DNA of 64,000 nt, taken from Actinomycetes bacterium (lineage in GTDB: Bacteria; Actinomycetota; Acidimicrobiia; Acidimicrobiales; Ilumatobacteraceae). Below the pieces are notes generated by a model. It searched no databases. It saw only the letters and a list, made by a program, of their open reading frames with translations, and was not told the origin of the DNA. Below, one piece after another: positions 55,738 through 64,000 of this stretch (position 1 is the first letter of the stretch; each line of letters starts with the position of its first letter). The translations under genes were made by a program, and so were the position numbers. Location: the NCBI GenBank assembly GCA_031367435.1, contig JANLPV010000110.1, positions 3,561-67,560 on the forward strand, in the 5' to 3' direction.

Positions 55738-55995
55738 AGCGCAACCGTATCGGCGGTTCGAACCGGCGTGAAATTCACATCATCAAAGGTGATGGTGGGA
55801 TGGACTCGCAATCAGCCGGTGCGGGGGAAAACTCTGTTGTGTATCCAGAGCTCATTGCAAAACCGGTAAGCCACGCACGAAGGTTATTGCGCCGCCGCCA
55901 CCCTGTTGCGTGGATGCGATGTCCAACAGGTGCTGGCGTACATCGCGCTCGTGCACATCCGTAGGGCGTGTTGGTGAGTTGACCGAGTCGGTGGA

Positions 55996-56676
55996 TCAGG
56001 GTGGGTCCGCTCGCGGTGTCGCTCGCGGCACCACGACGCCGGATTCGTATGCGGCGATCACCGCCTGCACCCGGTCGCGCAGACCCAGCTTCTGCAAGAT
56101 GTGGGTCACGTGGCTCTTCACTGTGGCCTCCGACACAATCAGCGACGCGGCGATCTCGACGTTCGAGCACCCTTGGGCCAAGTTGCGCAACACGTCGAGC
56201 TCGCGTTCGGTGAGCTCGGCGAACCGCCCGCGCAACGTACCGTCGGGCCGCGGACGGTCAACGTAGTGCTCAATAAGGCGCCGGGTGACCGTTGCGCTGA
56301 ACAGCGTTTCGCCAGCAGCAGCGAGCAGCACGGCCTCGACGAGCAGCGCCGGAGGCGTGGACTTCACGAGGAAACCACTGGCCCCCGCCACGAGCGCGTC
56401 GTACACATGCTCGTCCTGATCAAAGGTGGTCAGCATCACGATTCGCGAGGCACAGCCCGCCCTGACCAGCCGCCTGGTTGCTTCGACGCCATTGACCCGC
56501 GGCATTCGGATGTCCATGAGTACGAGATCGGGCGCGAGACCGTTGACGAGGGCTATTGCACGCTCGCCATCCTCGGCCTCGCCCACGACCTCGATCTCAT
56601 TGGACACCTCGAGGATCATGCGAATGCCACTTCGTACTAACGCTTGGTCATCGGCCAGGACAACGCGAACGGTCAT
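55996..56676 (-). CDS. NarL/LuxR-family response regulator
   Basis: It has MTVRVVLADDQALVRSG, LVLMDIRMP and the HTH LTERELDVLRNLAQGCSNVEIAASLIVSEATVKSHV. The ATG overlaps the kinase stop (ATGA). Confidence 0.9.
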   Translation of the reverse strand: MTVRVVLADDQALVRSGIRMILEVSNEIEVVGEAEDGERAIALVNGLAPDLVLMDIRMPRVNGVEATRRLVRAGCASRIVMLTTFDQDEHVYDALVAGASGFLVKSTPPALLVEAVLLAAAGETLFSATVTRRLIEHYVDRPRPDGTLRGRFAELTERELDVLRNLAQGCSNVEIAASLIVSEATVKSHVTHILQKLGLRDRVQAVIAAYESGVVVPRATPRADPP

Positions 56677-57833
56677 ACGGCACCGATTGGAACGCTCGCC
56701 CGCACCGAGTAACCGCCATCGGCAGTCGCCCCACAGTGCAGGCGCCCTCCGCACACGCTGATGCGCTCGCGCATCCCGACGAGACCGTGACTGTGCCCCG
56801 ACGGCTTCTCGGCGGATGCGGTGCCCCCGGCGGCATTCAGCACCTCGAGATCCAGACGGTCGGGCCCATAGCGCAGGGACACCTGGGTGTGTGCGAACTG
56901 AGCATGCTTCACAACGTTGGTGAGCGCCTCTTGCAGAACGCGATAGACACACACATCGAGTCCTGGCGGCAAGGGTCGCGTAGGCCCGTCGATGGTGAGC
57001 TCGACGGGCAGTCCGGCCTTGCGAACCTGATCGACGAGGTTGTCGAGCGTGTCGAGCGATGGCTGTGGAACCAGACTGTCGTGATCGCCGGACCAACGCA
57101 ACAGGCCCAGCAGGCGTTGCATATCGCCGAGCGCCGAGCGGCCCGCGTCCTGCACGGCGCGCAACGATGCTGCTGTCCTTCGCGGATCGATATCGAGCGC
57201 CTGCTCGGCCGCACCCGCCTGCACGATCATCAGGCTCAGACCGTGGGAAACGATGTCGTGGAGCTCGCGCGCGATGCGCATCCGCTCGTGCGTCACGGCA
57301 TCGCGAGTTGCCATGGCGGCTTCGGCTCTCACATCGCCGAGGCGACGTTCAGCTTCGACAGCATCACTCAACCGCCGTTGCACAAGCCGGCCGGCACTCC
57401 ATGCCCCAATCAGCTGGAGCGATGCCATCGCGAAGTCACCGATCAGCGTCAATCCACCGACGATGGCGATCGTCGTCCAGACCGACACCAACGAGAGCCC
57501 CAGCGCCACCAACGCGCGGCGCCGATCGCAGTACAGGCCCACGCTGTACATAGCCACCATGAACGCCAGTACCGGGACGAACATCTCGTGCATCGGAACG
57601 CCCGAGAGCAGCGCCGCGCAGCCACAAACAACTGTGCCGAGCCCAGACGAAAATGGTCGGCTCCTGCGTCCGACAAGGCACAGCGCCATCAGGGCATAGA
57701 GCGGAGCACCCGCCGAGGCGTGATTGCGTATAGCGCTGTTGCCCCAGATCTCGGCCTGACCCAATGCGAGAGCCACGAAGGCAACCGCCACATCGAATCG
57801 TTTGTGTCTCACCGACGAATCCGGCCCTGCCAT
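56673..57833 (-). CDS. sensor histidine kinase (HisKA_3 type)
   Basis: The N-terminal half is multi-TM. The H-box is ERMRIARELHDIVSHGL and the ATPase region is GHGLVGMRERISVCGG. I chose the ATG at 57833. Confidence 0.85.
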   Translation of the reverse strand: MAGPDSSVRHKRFDVAVAFVALALGQAEIWGNSAIRNHASAGAPLYALMALCLVGRRSRPFSSGLGTVVCGCAALLSGVPMHEMFVPVLAFMVAMYSVGLYCDRRRALVALGLSLVSVWTTIAIVGGLTLIGDFAMASLQLIGAWSAGRLVQRRLSDAVEAERRLGDVRAEAAMATRDAVTHERMRIARELHDIVSHGLSLMIVQAGAAEQALDIDPRRTAASLRAVQDAGRSALGDMQRLLGLLRWSGDHDSLVPQPSLDTLDNLVDQVRKAGLPVELTIDGPTRPLPPGLDVCVYRVLQEALTNVVKHAQFAHTQVSLRYGPDRLDLEVLNAAGGTASAEKPSGHSHGLVGMRERISVCGGRLHCGATADGGYSVRASVPIGAV

Positions 57834-57994
57834 GTCGGCAACTCTACGTCGGGCAAAATGACTGAGGAATCCCCCAAAGGTATGAAGCCACTCCTCCAAA
57901 GGTGGGCCGTAGGTTCACCCTTATGGCCGATGCCAGCACGTCGACCGATCCGTACTCTGTCCCTAGCCCGACGAGGGACAGAGAGAAGGCTGAC

Positions 57995-58639
57995 ATGCAC
58001 CGTTGCACCGTACTCGCGGCAATGGCATCCACAATGACACTTCTGTTCGCAGGCGGCATCACCGCATGCTCGTCGACGAGCAAGTCGGCATCAACGATCA
58101 CCGCGCCAGGCACCACGCCCGCCGCATCGGGGACGATCGACACGTCGCCTGCAACCGTGGCCACCACTCCGGCAACGACACCGACTACTGCCACAGCGGC
58201 AGCCGATGGCGCGGTCACGTTGGTCGCCCGATTCCTCGGACAGAATAGCAACGAGGACACCATCACGGTTTCTCTCACCGGAGCGATCGAGGACAAAGGC
58301 ACAGCCACGCAGTCCGCGACAAATGGAAGCGATGGCGAGTCTGGCACGATGGCCCTCACCCTGGCCAAGGGAGCGATCACGGCCTCGTTCGAAGAGCACA
58401 ACTATCAGATCAACTTCGATCAGGCCGCGTGTAGTGCCAACCCCACCAGTACCGCGATCATCACGATCACCAGCGGGACAGGTGCTTACGCCGGATTGAG
58501 CGGAACGCTGCAGGCCACAACGGCCGGGCACCAGGTGGGAGCGACCGACGCCGCCGGTAAGTGCATCGCCCTTGAGAAGCCCCCCGTGTCGTCAGACATC
58601 ACGCTGACCGCGACCGGCGCCGTGCACGTCGGGTCCTGA
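57995..58639 (+). CDS. hypothetical lipoprotein
   Basis: A lipobox-like LFAGGITAC follows a signal helix, and a GAGAAGG SD lies upstream. A Thr/Ala-rich linker precedes a beta-rich domain. Confidence 0.55.
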   Translation: MHRCTVLAAMASTMTLLFAGGITACSSTSKSASTITAPGTTPAASGTIDTSPATVATTPATTPTTATAAADGAVTLVARFLGQNSNEDTITVSLTGAIEDKGTATQSATNGSDGESGTMALTLAKGAITASFEEHNYQINFDQAACSANPTSTAIITITSGTGAYAGLSGTLQATTAGHQVGATDAAGKCIALEKPPVSSDITLTATGAVHVGS

Positions 58640-58706
58640 CCCCTAACCACACGTACCGTCACGACGGCTGCTGTATGCCCCACCCGGTCGCGTGAGCGCA
58701 ATGTGA

Positions 58707-58990
58707 GCCAGCCGCCGGCTGGTGAATCAGGCGGTCAACGCGTTCAAGATGCTCCTGGCTGATTTGGTACCGGTCAACCTGGTGCCCGAATCGCACGAGG
58801 ATGGCCGTGTGTACGTGTCGACGTATCAGACGATGGTCGCCAAGGTCGACGAGTATCGCAGTGACGGCACCCGTCACTGCGGGGTCGGTCACTTCGATTT
58901 GGGGTGGTGATCGACGAGGCGCACCGGTCCATGTATCGCAAGTACGGCGGATCTTCGAGTATTTCGACAACGCAGCCAGCTCACGATCGG
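58707..58990 (+). pseudogene. remnant of a type I restriction HsdR / DEAD-DEAH helicase gene (motif I-II region only, frameshifted)
   Basis: Frame 1 reads ...RVYVSTYQTMVAKVDEY...GVGHFDLG and hits a stop. Shifting by 1 nt continues it as VVIDEAHRSMYRKYGGIFEYFD. The DEAH box and YFD are typical of HsdR/Res helicases. No N- or C-terminal remainder is present. Confidence 0.5.
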
Positions 58991-59220
58991 CGCTGCCCTC
59001 GCTCTTGTGCACGGCCCCATCGGCGTCCGGGCGAGCCAACGCCACAGACGAGATCGTGACATGGGCCTACGCAGCAGAGACAAGGCATTCAGACCCGCCC
59101 GTCGGCAGTGATGACTTGCGAGGAATCGGTGGCGACGGGTAGGGACCTCGTCGGCGGCTCGCTCCGTCCACGCAGCTGTGGGGATGTTGGCTTGGAACTG
59201 TTGCCAGATGCCGAGTACAG

Positions 59221-59943
59221 CTAGAGCTGTTGCGCAAGCAGAATCAGTGCGCTTGTTGTGGACATACCCAAGATGACCGGCCGCGCGTATCGCGAGCCCA
59301 TCAGACCAACGAGCCACCGCGATGCAACGATGCCCACCACGATGCCCGGTAGTAAAAGCACGGCGAGGTGCCACTGCCGTGCGCCGATCTTGCCACTCAT
59401 CGCCAACACCACAACACTGAAGATCGACCCGATGCAGAAGAACGCGGCCAAGGTTGCCTGGCGAACGCGAGCATCACCGTGTTGATACGCGATCGCCATT
59501 GGTGGTCCGCCGACGGAAGTGATCGTGCCCATAAAGCCGCTGGCCAGGCCGGCGACGCCGAGGTTGGGGTAGCTGGGTTCTATGCGCCAGTTCGTCAGCG
59601 ACACGGCAACGGCAACCAGCACGGCCGCGCCGACTGCGATTGATAAGCCACGTTCACTCAGGTAATGCAATGCGAACGAAGCGGCGAAGATGCCGGGTAC
59701 TCGTCCCGTGAGAGCCCAGGTGAAGCCGCGCCAATCAATCGCGGCCCGTTCGCGAATCGCGACTCCGAATGACAAAGGGATGACGGCGATCAGCACTGCC
59801 CCAGGTACGAAACCATGATCGATCATCTTCAGCAGTGGCGAGGTGAGCATCCCCATGCCGAAACCCATCGCGCCCTGCACTGACGAGCCAACAGCGGCAA
59901 GGACGAAGCAGGCAACAACAATCCAGATCGAAAGTCCGAACAT
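59221..59943 (-). CDS. TauE/SafE-family sulfite/anion exporter membrane protein
   Basis: There are 7-8 TM segments and a G-rich N-terminal helix (AAVGSSVQGAMGFGMG). Its ATG overlaps the hrpB stop by 1 nt. Confidence 0.85.
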   Translation of the reverse strand: MFGLSIWIVVACFVLAAVGSSVQGAMGFGMGMLTSPLLKMIDHGFVPGAVLIAVIPLSFGVAIRERAAIDWRGFTWALTGRVPGIFAASFALHYLSERGLSIAVGAAVLVAVAVSLTNWRIEPSYPNLGVAGLASGFMGTITSVGGPPMAIAYQHGDARVRQATLAAFFCIGSIFSVVVLAMSGKIGARQWHLAVLLLPGIVVGIVASRWLVGLMGSRYARPVILGMSTTSALILLAQQL

Positions 59944-62477
59944 CAACGGTCCTTCATCCGCTTGGGCTGGGCAGTCGCTGGGTCCGTGGGCCACTGGTGC
60001 TTCGGGTACCGACCGGCCATGTCCTTGCGAACATCGGTCCACGACCCCGCCCAGAACCCGGGCAGGTCGGAGGTGATCTGAATGGGACGATCGGCGGGCG
60101 ACAGCAGATGCAGCACGACGGCGACCCCGGCAGCGCTTGGATGGCTACTCGTGCCGAAAAGATCCTGCACTCGCACCGATGCCGCTGGTTGATCGCCGCT
60201 GTAGTCGAGCATGAGCGACCGACCGGACGCAAGCTCGATATGGGTTGGTGCAAGTTCATCGAGCTGCGCGCCGAGTGGCCACTGCAACCCCGCACGCAAC
60301 ACCGTGGCGAGGTTGAGCGCGCCAATGTCAGCGATACTCGTCATGCCGTTGAGGTACGGCGCCAGCCACTCATCGATTGTGCGCACGAGGCCTGAATCGG
60401 ACCAATCCGGCCACTGGTCACGCGGTTGCGCTGAGCCGGATTGTGCGCGTCTGATGAACTCGACGCGCTGGCGCAGTTGTGTGGCGGCGCTTGACCACGT
60501 CAGCGGTGCAAGCCGAGTGACTCGCACACGCTCAACGAGCGCGGCCGTTGTCTCGGGCGACGAACCTGGCCGTCGGGTCCGTTCGTCGAGTTTCATGCTG
60601 CCAAGGCGGCGTTCAATGCGCTCGACGATGTCGGCTCGATCGCGGTCCCACACCAGAAGGTGACGCGTCTCGACCGCAGCCCCAAGTGTCGTTGCGACTT
60701 CGTCGGCGTCGATGCCCGCGGCGAGGCGCAGTCTGGTGCTCTTGCGATTGCCATCGACATCGGCCGCGACAACGAATGTCTCGTTGGCGAGAGGATCGTC
60801 TTTGGCCACCCATGCGCCGGCACCGGTGCGTAGCTGAAACTGCCCGGCCTGTGATCGGCGTACGGCGAGTCGATCGGGATAGGCAAGCAGCAAGACCGCG
60901 CCGGCGCGGTCGGGATTGACGCGATCGAGGTCGAACGTGACACCGACGCGCTGCGCGATATCACGAGCGCGTCTGATCAGTCGATCGACGGCACCTCGAT
61001 CCGCGCGGTCGTGACGCTCTCGCCCCATCACCACGCGGATGCGCAGCGACATGTCGGATGGCAGTTCGTCGGCTCGTCCGCGCAGGATGTCGCGATCGTC
61101 GAGCATGGCTGCGATCACACATGCGAGTGATTGATCGCCGGGTCCAACAGCGTCCACCACCATGCGCGCCAAGCGTGGGTGGGCGGGTACCTGCAACATG
61201 GCGCGACCCGTTGGCGTGATGTGTTGCTCGGCATCGAACGCGCCGAGCAACACGAGTAACTCGGCGCCTTGGGCGAGTGTTCGCGGTGGTGGGGGATCGG
61301 GAAAGCTGAGTTGATCCGCCGAGGTACCCCACGCGGCCAATTCCAGCGCGAGTCCGGCGAGGTCGACTTGCGTGATCTCGGCTTCAAGGTGGGCGCGTCG
61401 TGTTGACTGCTCGAGCTTGCTCCATGCCCGATAGGCCACGCCGGGCTCGGTGCGCCCCGCACGACCAGCGCGTTGATCGGCCGATGCGCGGCTCGTTGCG
61501 ACCGTCGTGAGGCGAGTCATGCCGGTGCGGATGTCGTATCGAGGCACACGCGCTTGGCCGGCATCGACAACGATGCGTACCCCCGCCACGGTGAGCGATG
61601 TCTCGGCGATGTCGGTGCTGAGCACGACGCGTCGGCGCCCAGGCGGCGATGGTGCCAGCGCGCGATCTTGATCGGCCAACGAGAGTGCGCCAGCAAGTGC
61701 GTAGAGATCGACATTCGCGGCCACAAGCGGATCGAGCGCCTGATACACGCGCGTGATCTCGCCGATGCCGGGCAGGAACACGAGCACGTCGCCAATGTCG
61801 TTGCGCAGCGCGAGCAACACGGTCTCGGTGATGGACTGTTCGATGCGTTGTCCCTTTCCTGGCGGCGACCACCGAATCTCGATGGGATGGGTGCGGCCTT
61901 CACTGCTGATGATCGGGCACGGCCCGCGCTCGCCCCCGAGCAGCGCAGCGAGCGTTGCGGCCTGTGGCGTAGCGGACATCGCGAGTATTCGCAGATCGGG
62001 ACGCAGCGTTCGTCGCACGTCGAGTGCAAGGGCGAGGCCGACGTCAGTGGGCAGATTGCGTTCGTGGACTTCATCGAAGATGACGAGTGCTGTGCCCGGT
62101 AGCTCGGGATCGTGCTGGAGTCGGCGCGTCAGCACGCCTTCGGTCACCACTTCGATGCGGGTGTTGCGGCCGATGCGTCGTTCGTCGCGTGTCTGATATC
62201 CGACCGTGTCGCCGATGTCCTCGGCGAGCAAGTAGGCCATGCGTTGGCCAGCGGCCCGTGTCGCCAGACGACGGGGTTCGAGCATCACGATCTTGTTGCC
62301 GGCGAGCCACGGTTCGTTGATCAGCCGCAGCGGAACGAGAGTCGTCTTGCCCGCGCCCGGTGGAGCCACGAGTACCGCCGAACCAAACGTTGCTAATGCC
62401 TGAGCGACATCGCCAATGACCGCCGCAACGGGAAGGTCGCCAGTTACATCGTCGGCAGGGTTGGGCGGCTGGCTCAA
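59943..62477 (-). CDS. hrpB: ATP-dependent RNA helicase HrpB
   Basis: It has APPGAGKTT, DEVHER and TDIAETSLT, with a long HrpB-specific C-terminal region. No in-frame ATG exists after the upstream stop, so I chose the TTG at 62477. Confidence 0.85.
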   Translation of the reverse strand: MSQPPNPADDVTGDLPVAAVIGDVAQALATFGSAVLVAPPGAGKTTLVPLRLINEPWLAGNKIVMLEPRRLATRAAGQRMAYLLAEDIGDTVGYQTRDERRIGRNTRIEVVTEGVLTRRLQHDPELPGTALVIFDEVHERNLPTDVGLALALDVRRTLRPDLRILAMSATPQAATLAALLGGERGPCPIISSEGRTHPIEIRWSPPGKGQRIEQSITETVLLALRNDIGDVLVFLPGIGEITRVYQALDPLVAANVDLYALAGALSLADQDRALAPSPPGRRRVVLSTDIAETSLTVAGVRIVVDAGQARVPRYDIRTGMTRLTTVATSRASADQRAGRAGRTEPGVAYRAWSKLEQSTRRAHLEAEITQVDLAGLALELAAWGTSADQLSFPDPPPPRTLAQGAELLVLLGAFDAEQHITPTGRAMLQVPAHPRLARMVVDAVGPGDQSLACVIAAMLDDRDILRGRADELPSDMSLRIRVVMGRERHDRADRGAVDRLIRRARDIAQRVGVTFDLDRVNPDRAGAVLLLAYPDRLAVRRSQAGQFQLRTGAGAWVAKDDPLANETFVVAADVDGNRKSTRLRLAAGIDADEVATTLGAAVETRHLLVWDRDRADIVERIERRLGSMKLDERTRRPGSSPETTAALVERVRVTRLAPLTWSSAATQLRQRVEFIRRAQSGSAQPRDQWPDWSDSGLVRTIDEWLAPYLNGMTSIADIGALNLATVLRAGLQWPLGAQLDELAPTHIELASGRSLMLDYSGDQPAASVRVQDLFGTSSHPSAAGVAVVLHLLSPADRPIQITSDLPGFWAGSWTDVRKDMAGRYPKHQWPTDPATAQPKRMKDR

Positions 62478-62490
62478 ATGGTCGCGCTGA

Positions 62491-63042
62491 TCACGCCAGC
62501 GCGGGCGTGCCCTTGAACGGCACCGGGTCGGCTGCCGCCGGAATGCCCTGCTTGGCCCATGCGGTAGCGGTCGCGATCTTGTCGGACACGGCGCGCCATT
62601 CGGGGCCGTTCCAACCTTGGGCCGATGCTGCAACGGTGCCGTCCATTGCGACGAACACGAACGCGGGAAGCTCCGTGAGCGCCAACGACTTCACGAAGGC
62701 GCGGTCGGCATCGCAGAACACGAGGAACTCGTCGGTCAATGGTCCGAGGAACGTTTTGGCATCATCGGCACCACAGGTGACCACGAAGTTCACACGTACA
62801 TCGGCACCACGAAATCCAGACAGGATTCGCGCTGCAGTTTTGAGGATCCACGAACTCTCGTTGGTGTACGGGTCGAGCACGACGCACGCAAGATTGAACA
62901 TGGTGAGCCAATCATCGAGCGGGCGACTTTCGCCATCGAGGGAGTTAAGAACGACATCGAGCGATGGATTGCTGGCCACGAGCCACGACGCTAGCGCAGC
63001 ACGCGACGACCGGCACAGCTCACAAAGAACTGCTGCCGTCAC
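62491..63042 (-). CDS. hypothetical protein, possibly thioredoxin-fold (no CxxC)
   Basis: The 183-aa ORF lies immediately upstream of hrpB on the same strand. Its alternating beta/alpha-like pattern (LACVVLDP...FVVTCG...AFVFVAMDG) suggests the fold. It starts with GTG. Confidence 0.5.
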   Translation of the reverse strand: MTAAVLCELCRSSRAALASWLVASNPSLDVVLNSLDGESRPLDDWLTMFNLACVVLDPYTNESSWILKTAARILSGFRGADVRVNFVVTCGADDAKTFLGPLTDEFLVFCDADRAFVKSLALTELPAFVFVAMDGTVAASAQGWNGPEWRAVSDKIATATAWAKQGIPAAADPVPFKGTPALA

Positions 63043-63083
63043 GTCGGTGTCGGTCGGCCGCGTGTACCGCTAGGTTGGCGGCG

Positions 63084-63887
63084 ATGCATCCGATTGAACG
63101 GCTTCGCTACGTTGCTCGGGTAACCGGCGGCGACCAGAGAATGCTTGTCCGCGAAACAGCAGCCGCGATTGCCGCGCTCGACCTCGATCCAGCGGGGTTG
63201 GTCGTAGCCTGCCGGCGCATCGTCGAGCGCCATCCCACGTCGGGCGCGTTGTGGTGGTTGTGCGCAAGCCTGCTGACGGCAAGCGATCCGTTCCGTGAAG
63301 CGTGGGGATTGGCCGATCTGATCGATGACGATCCCACGCCGAATCATCTGATGCAGCTACTCCCCGATGATGCCACCGTGTGCGTTGTTGGCTGGCCCGA
63401 TCTCATCGGCGAGGCACTGCTTCGGCGTGGAGATGCGCGTGTGCTCGTGATCGATGCCAACAACGAGGGTTCACGGTTAGTGCGTCGTCTTGAGCGTGCC
63501 GACGTGCAGGCGCAAACGGTGCCAGCGGCCGGAGTTGCGGCGGCCGTTGCGGCGAGCGATCTGGTACTCATTGAAGCCAGCGCGGCGGCTGTCGACGGTG
63601 CATTGTGCTCGCTCGGGTCGCACGCGGCCGCTGCCGTTGCGTACTGCGCCGAGGTGCCAGTGTGGCTCGTGGCCGGCCACGGCCGAAGGCTTCCGGAGCA
63701 GATGTGGCGAGCAATGGTTCAACGTCTCGGCGAGGCAGGCGACGGTTGGAACCACGATGTCGAGGTCGTTCCGTTGGCCATGATGCTCGCCGTGTTGGGA
63801 CCCAACGGACTCGCCGACGCCGATGCGAATGCGGTGAGTGCGGAGTGCCCAATGACGCACGAGTTGCTCCGCATGAGCGCAATGTAG
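63084..63887 (+). CDS. conserved-looking hypothetical protein (possible eIF-2B/MtnA-like Rossmann-type fold)
   Basis: The ATG at 63084 begins MHPIERLRYVARVTGGD. The C-terminal segment DLVLIEASAAAVDGALCSLGSHAAAAVAYCAEVPVWLVAG is reminiscent of the IF-2B family. This evidence is weak. Confidence 0.5.
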   Translation: MHPIERLRYVARVTGGDQRMLVRETAAAIAALDLDPAGLVVACRRIVERHPTSGALWWLCASLLTASDPFREAWGLADLIDDDPTPNHLMQLLPDDATVCVVGWPDLIGEALLRRGDARVLVIDANNEGSRLVRRLERADVQAQTVPAAGVAAAVAASDLVLIEASAAAVDGALCSLGSHAAAAVAYCAEVPVWLVAGHGRRLPEQMWRAMVQRLGEAGDGWNHDVEVVPLAMMLAVLGPNGLADADANAVSAECPMTHELLRMSAM

Positions 63888-63911
63888 CCAACCCGATTAG
63901 TGTCGCCAACC

Positions 63912-64000
63912 ATGGCAAGCAAGCGCGGCAACATCACCATGACCGACGATGAGGTACACACCTACCTCGCCGAGCAGAAGGTGCTCAACGTCGCCACGAT
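63912..64000 (+). CDS. PPOX-class (pyridoxamine 5'-phosphate oxidase-like, likely F420-dependent) protein, 3' end outside window
   Basis: MASKRGNITMTDDEVHTYLAEQKVLNVAT matches the usual N-terminal pattern (..EI..FL...R.a.LAT). Only 29 codons are visible. Confidence 0.45.
   Translation, partial: MASKRGNITMTDDEVHTYLAEQKVLNVAT

Noticed and set aside
55738-55995. The 258-bp gap upstream of the fumarase gene was examined for a riboswitch or small gene.
   Set aside because: No conserved riboswitch core that I recognise, no SD-preceded sORF, and only weak imperfect inverted repeats. It is probably just the fumarase promoter and the terminator of the two-component operon.
58659-59045. A 128-aa minus-strand ORF lies opposite the helicase remnant.
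   Set aside because: No motifs were found, and the plus strand carries recognisable DEAH-helicase motifs across a frameshift. The minus-strand ORF is most likely fortuitous.
1-64000. I looked for mobile-element genes (integrase, transposase, recombinase), phage structural genes and known defence-system hallmarks (Cas, Argonaute, CBASS cyclase/effector, retron RT).
   Set aside because: None was recognised in any frame. The class III cyclase at 9422 is a signalling-type cyclase fused to a receiver, not a CD-NTase.

Overview
This is a visibly high-GC, tightly packed bacterial chromosomal segment. GC content was not computed. The gene content looks Actinomycetota-like (F420/LLM enzymes, DUF2752, MscL, NarL-type two-component systems), possibly Acidimicrobiia, but that assignment is inference only. 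I support about 55 protein-coding genes. No rRNA, intact tRNA, CRISPR array, transposase or integrase was seen.

Main blocks:
- 1-17.9 kb: a cluster of four paralogous fused FtsX/MacB-type ABC permeases with one ABC ATPase, one HisKA_3 histidine kinase and three receiver proteins. One receiver is fused to a class III nucleotidyl cyclase. A cNMP-binding protein lies next door.
- 17.9-19.2 kb: a lower-GC islet with an orphan ORF, a decayed tRNA-Glu-like 3' fragment and a possible toxin-antitoxin pair.
- 22.0-30.8 kb: a six-gene, translationally coupled purine operon (purL-purQ-purC-purF-purD::purM-purN). purD and purM are fused, and PurL carries a large-PurL-type N-domain.
- 31-48 kb: housekeeping and accessory metabolism.
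- 48.9-50.9 kb: a class IV aminotransferase resembling (R)-selective amine transaminases, with a 15-bp tandem repeat in its 5' end, and a repeat-containing secreted protein.
- 51-64 kb: a LysR/LLM/crotonase unit, class I fumarase, a second two-component system, an HsdR-like helicase remnant and hrpB.

The most system-like novelty candidate is the FtsX cluster wired to a receiver-cyclase and a cNMP receptor. All functional calls rest on motifs read by eye. No database search was run.
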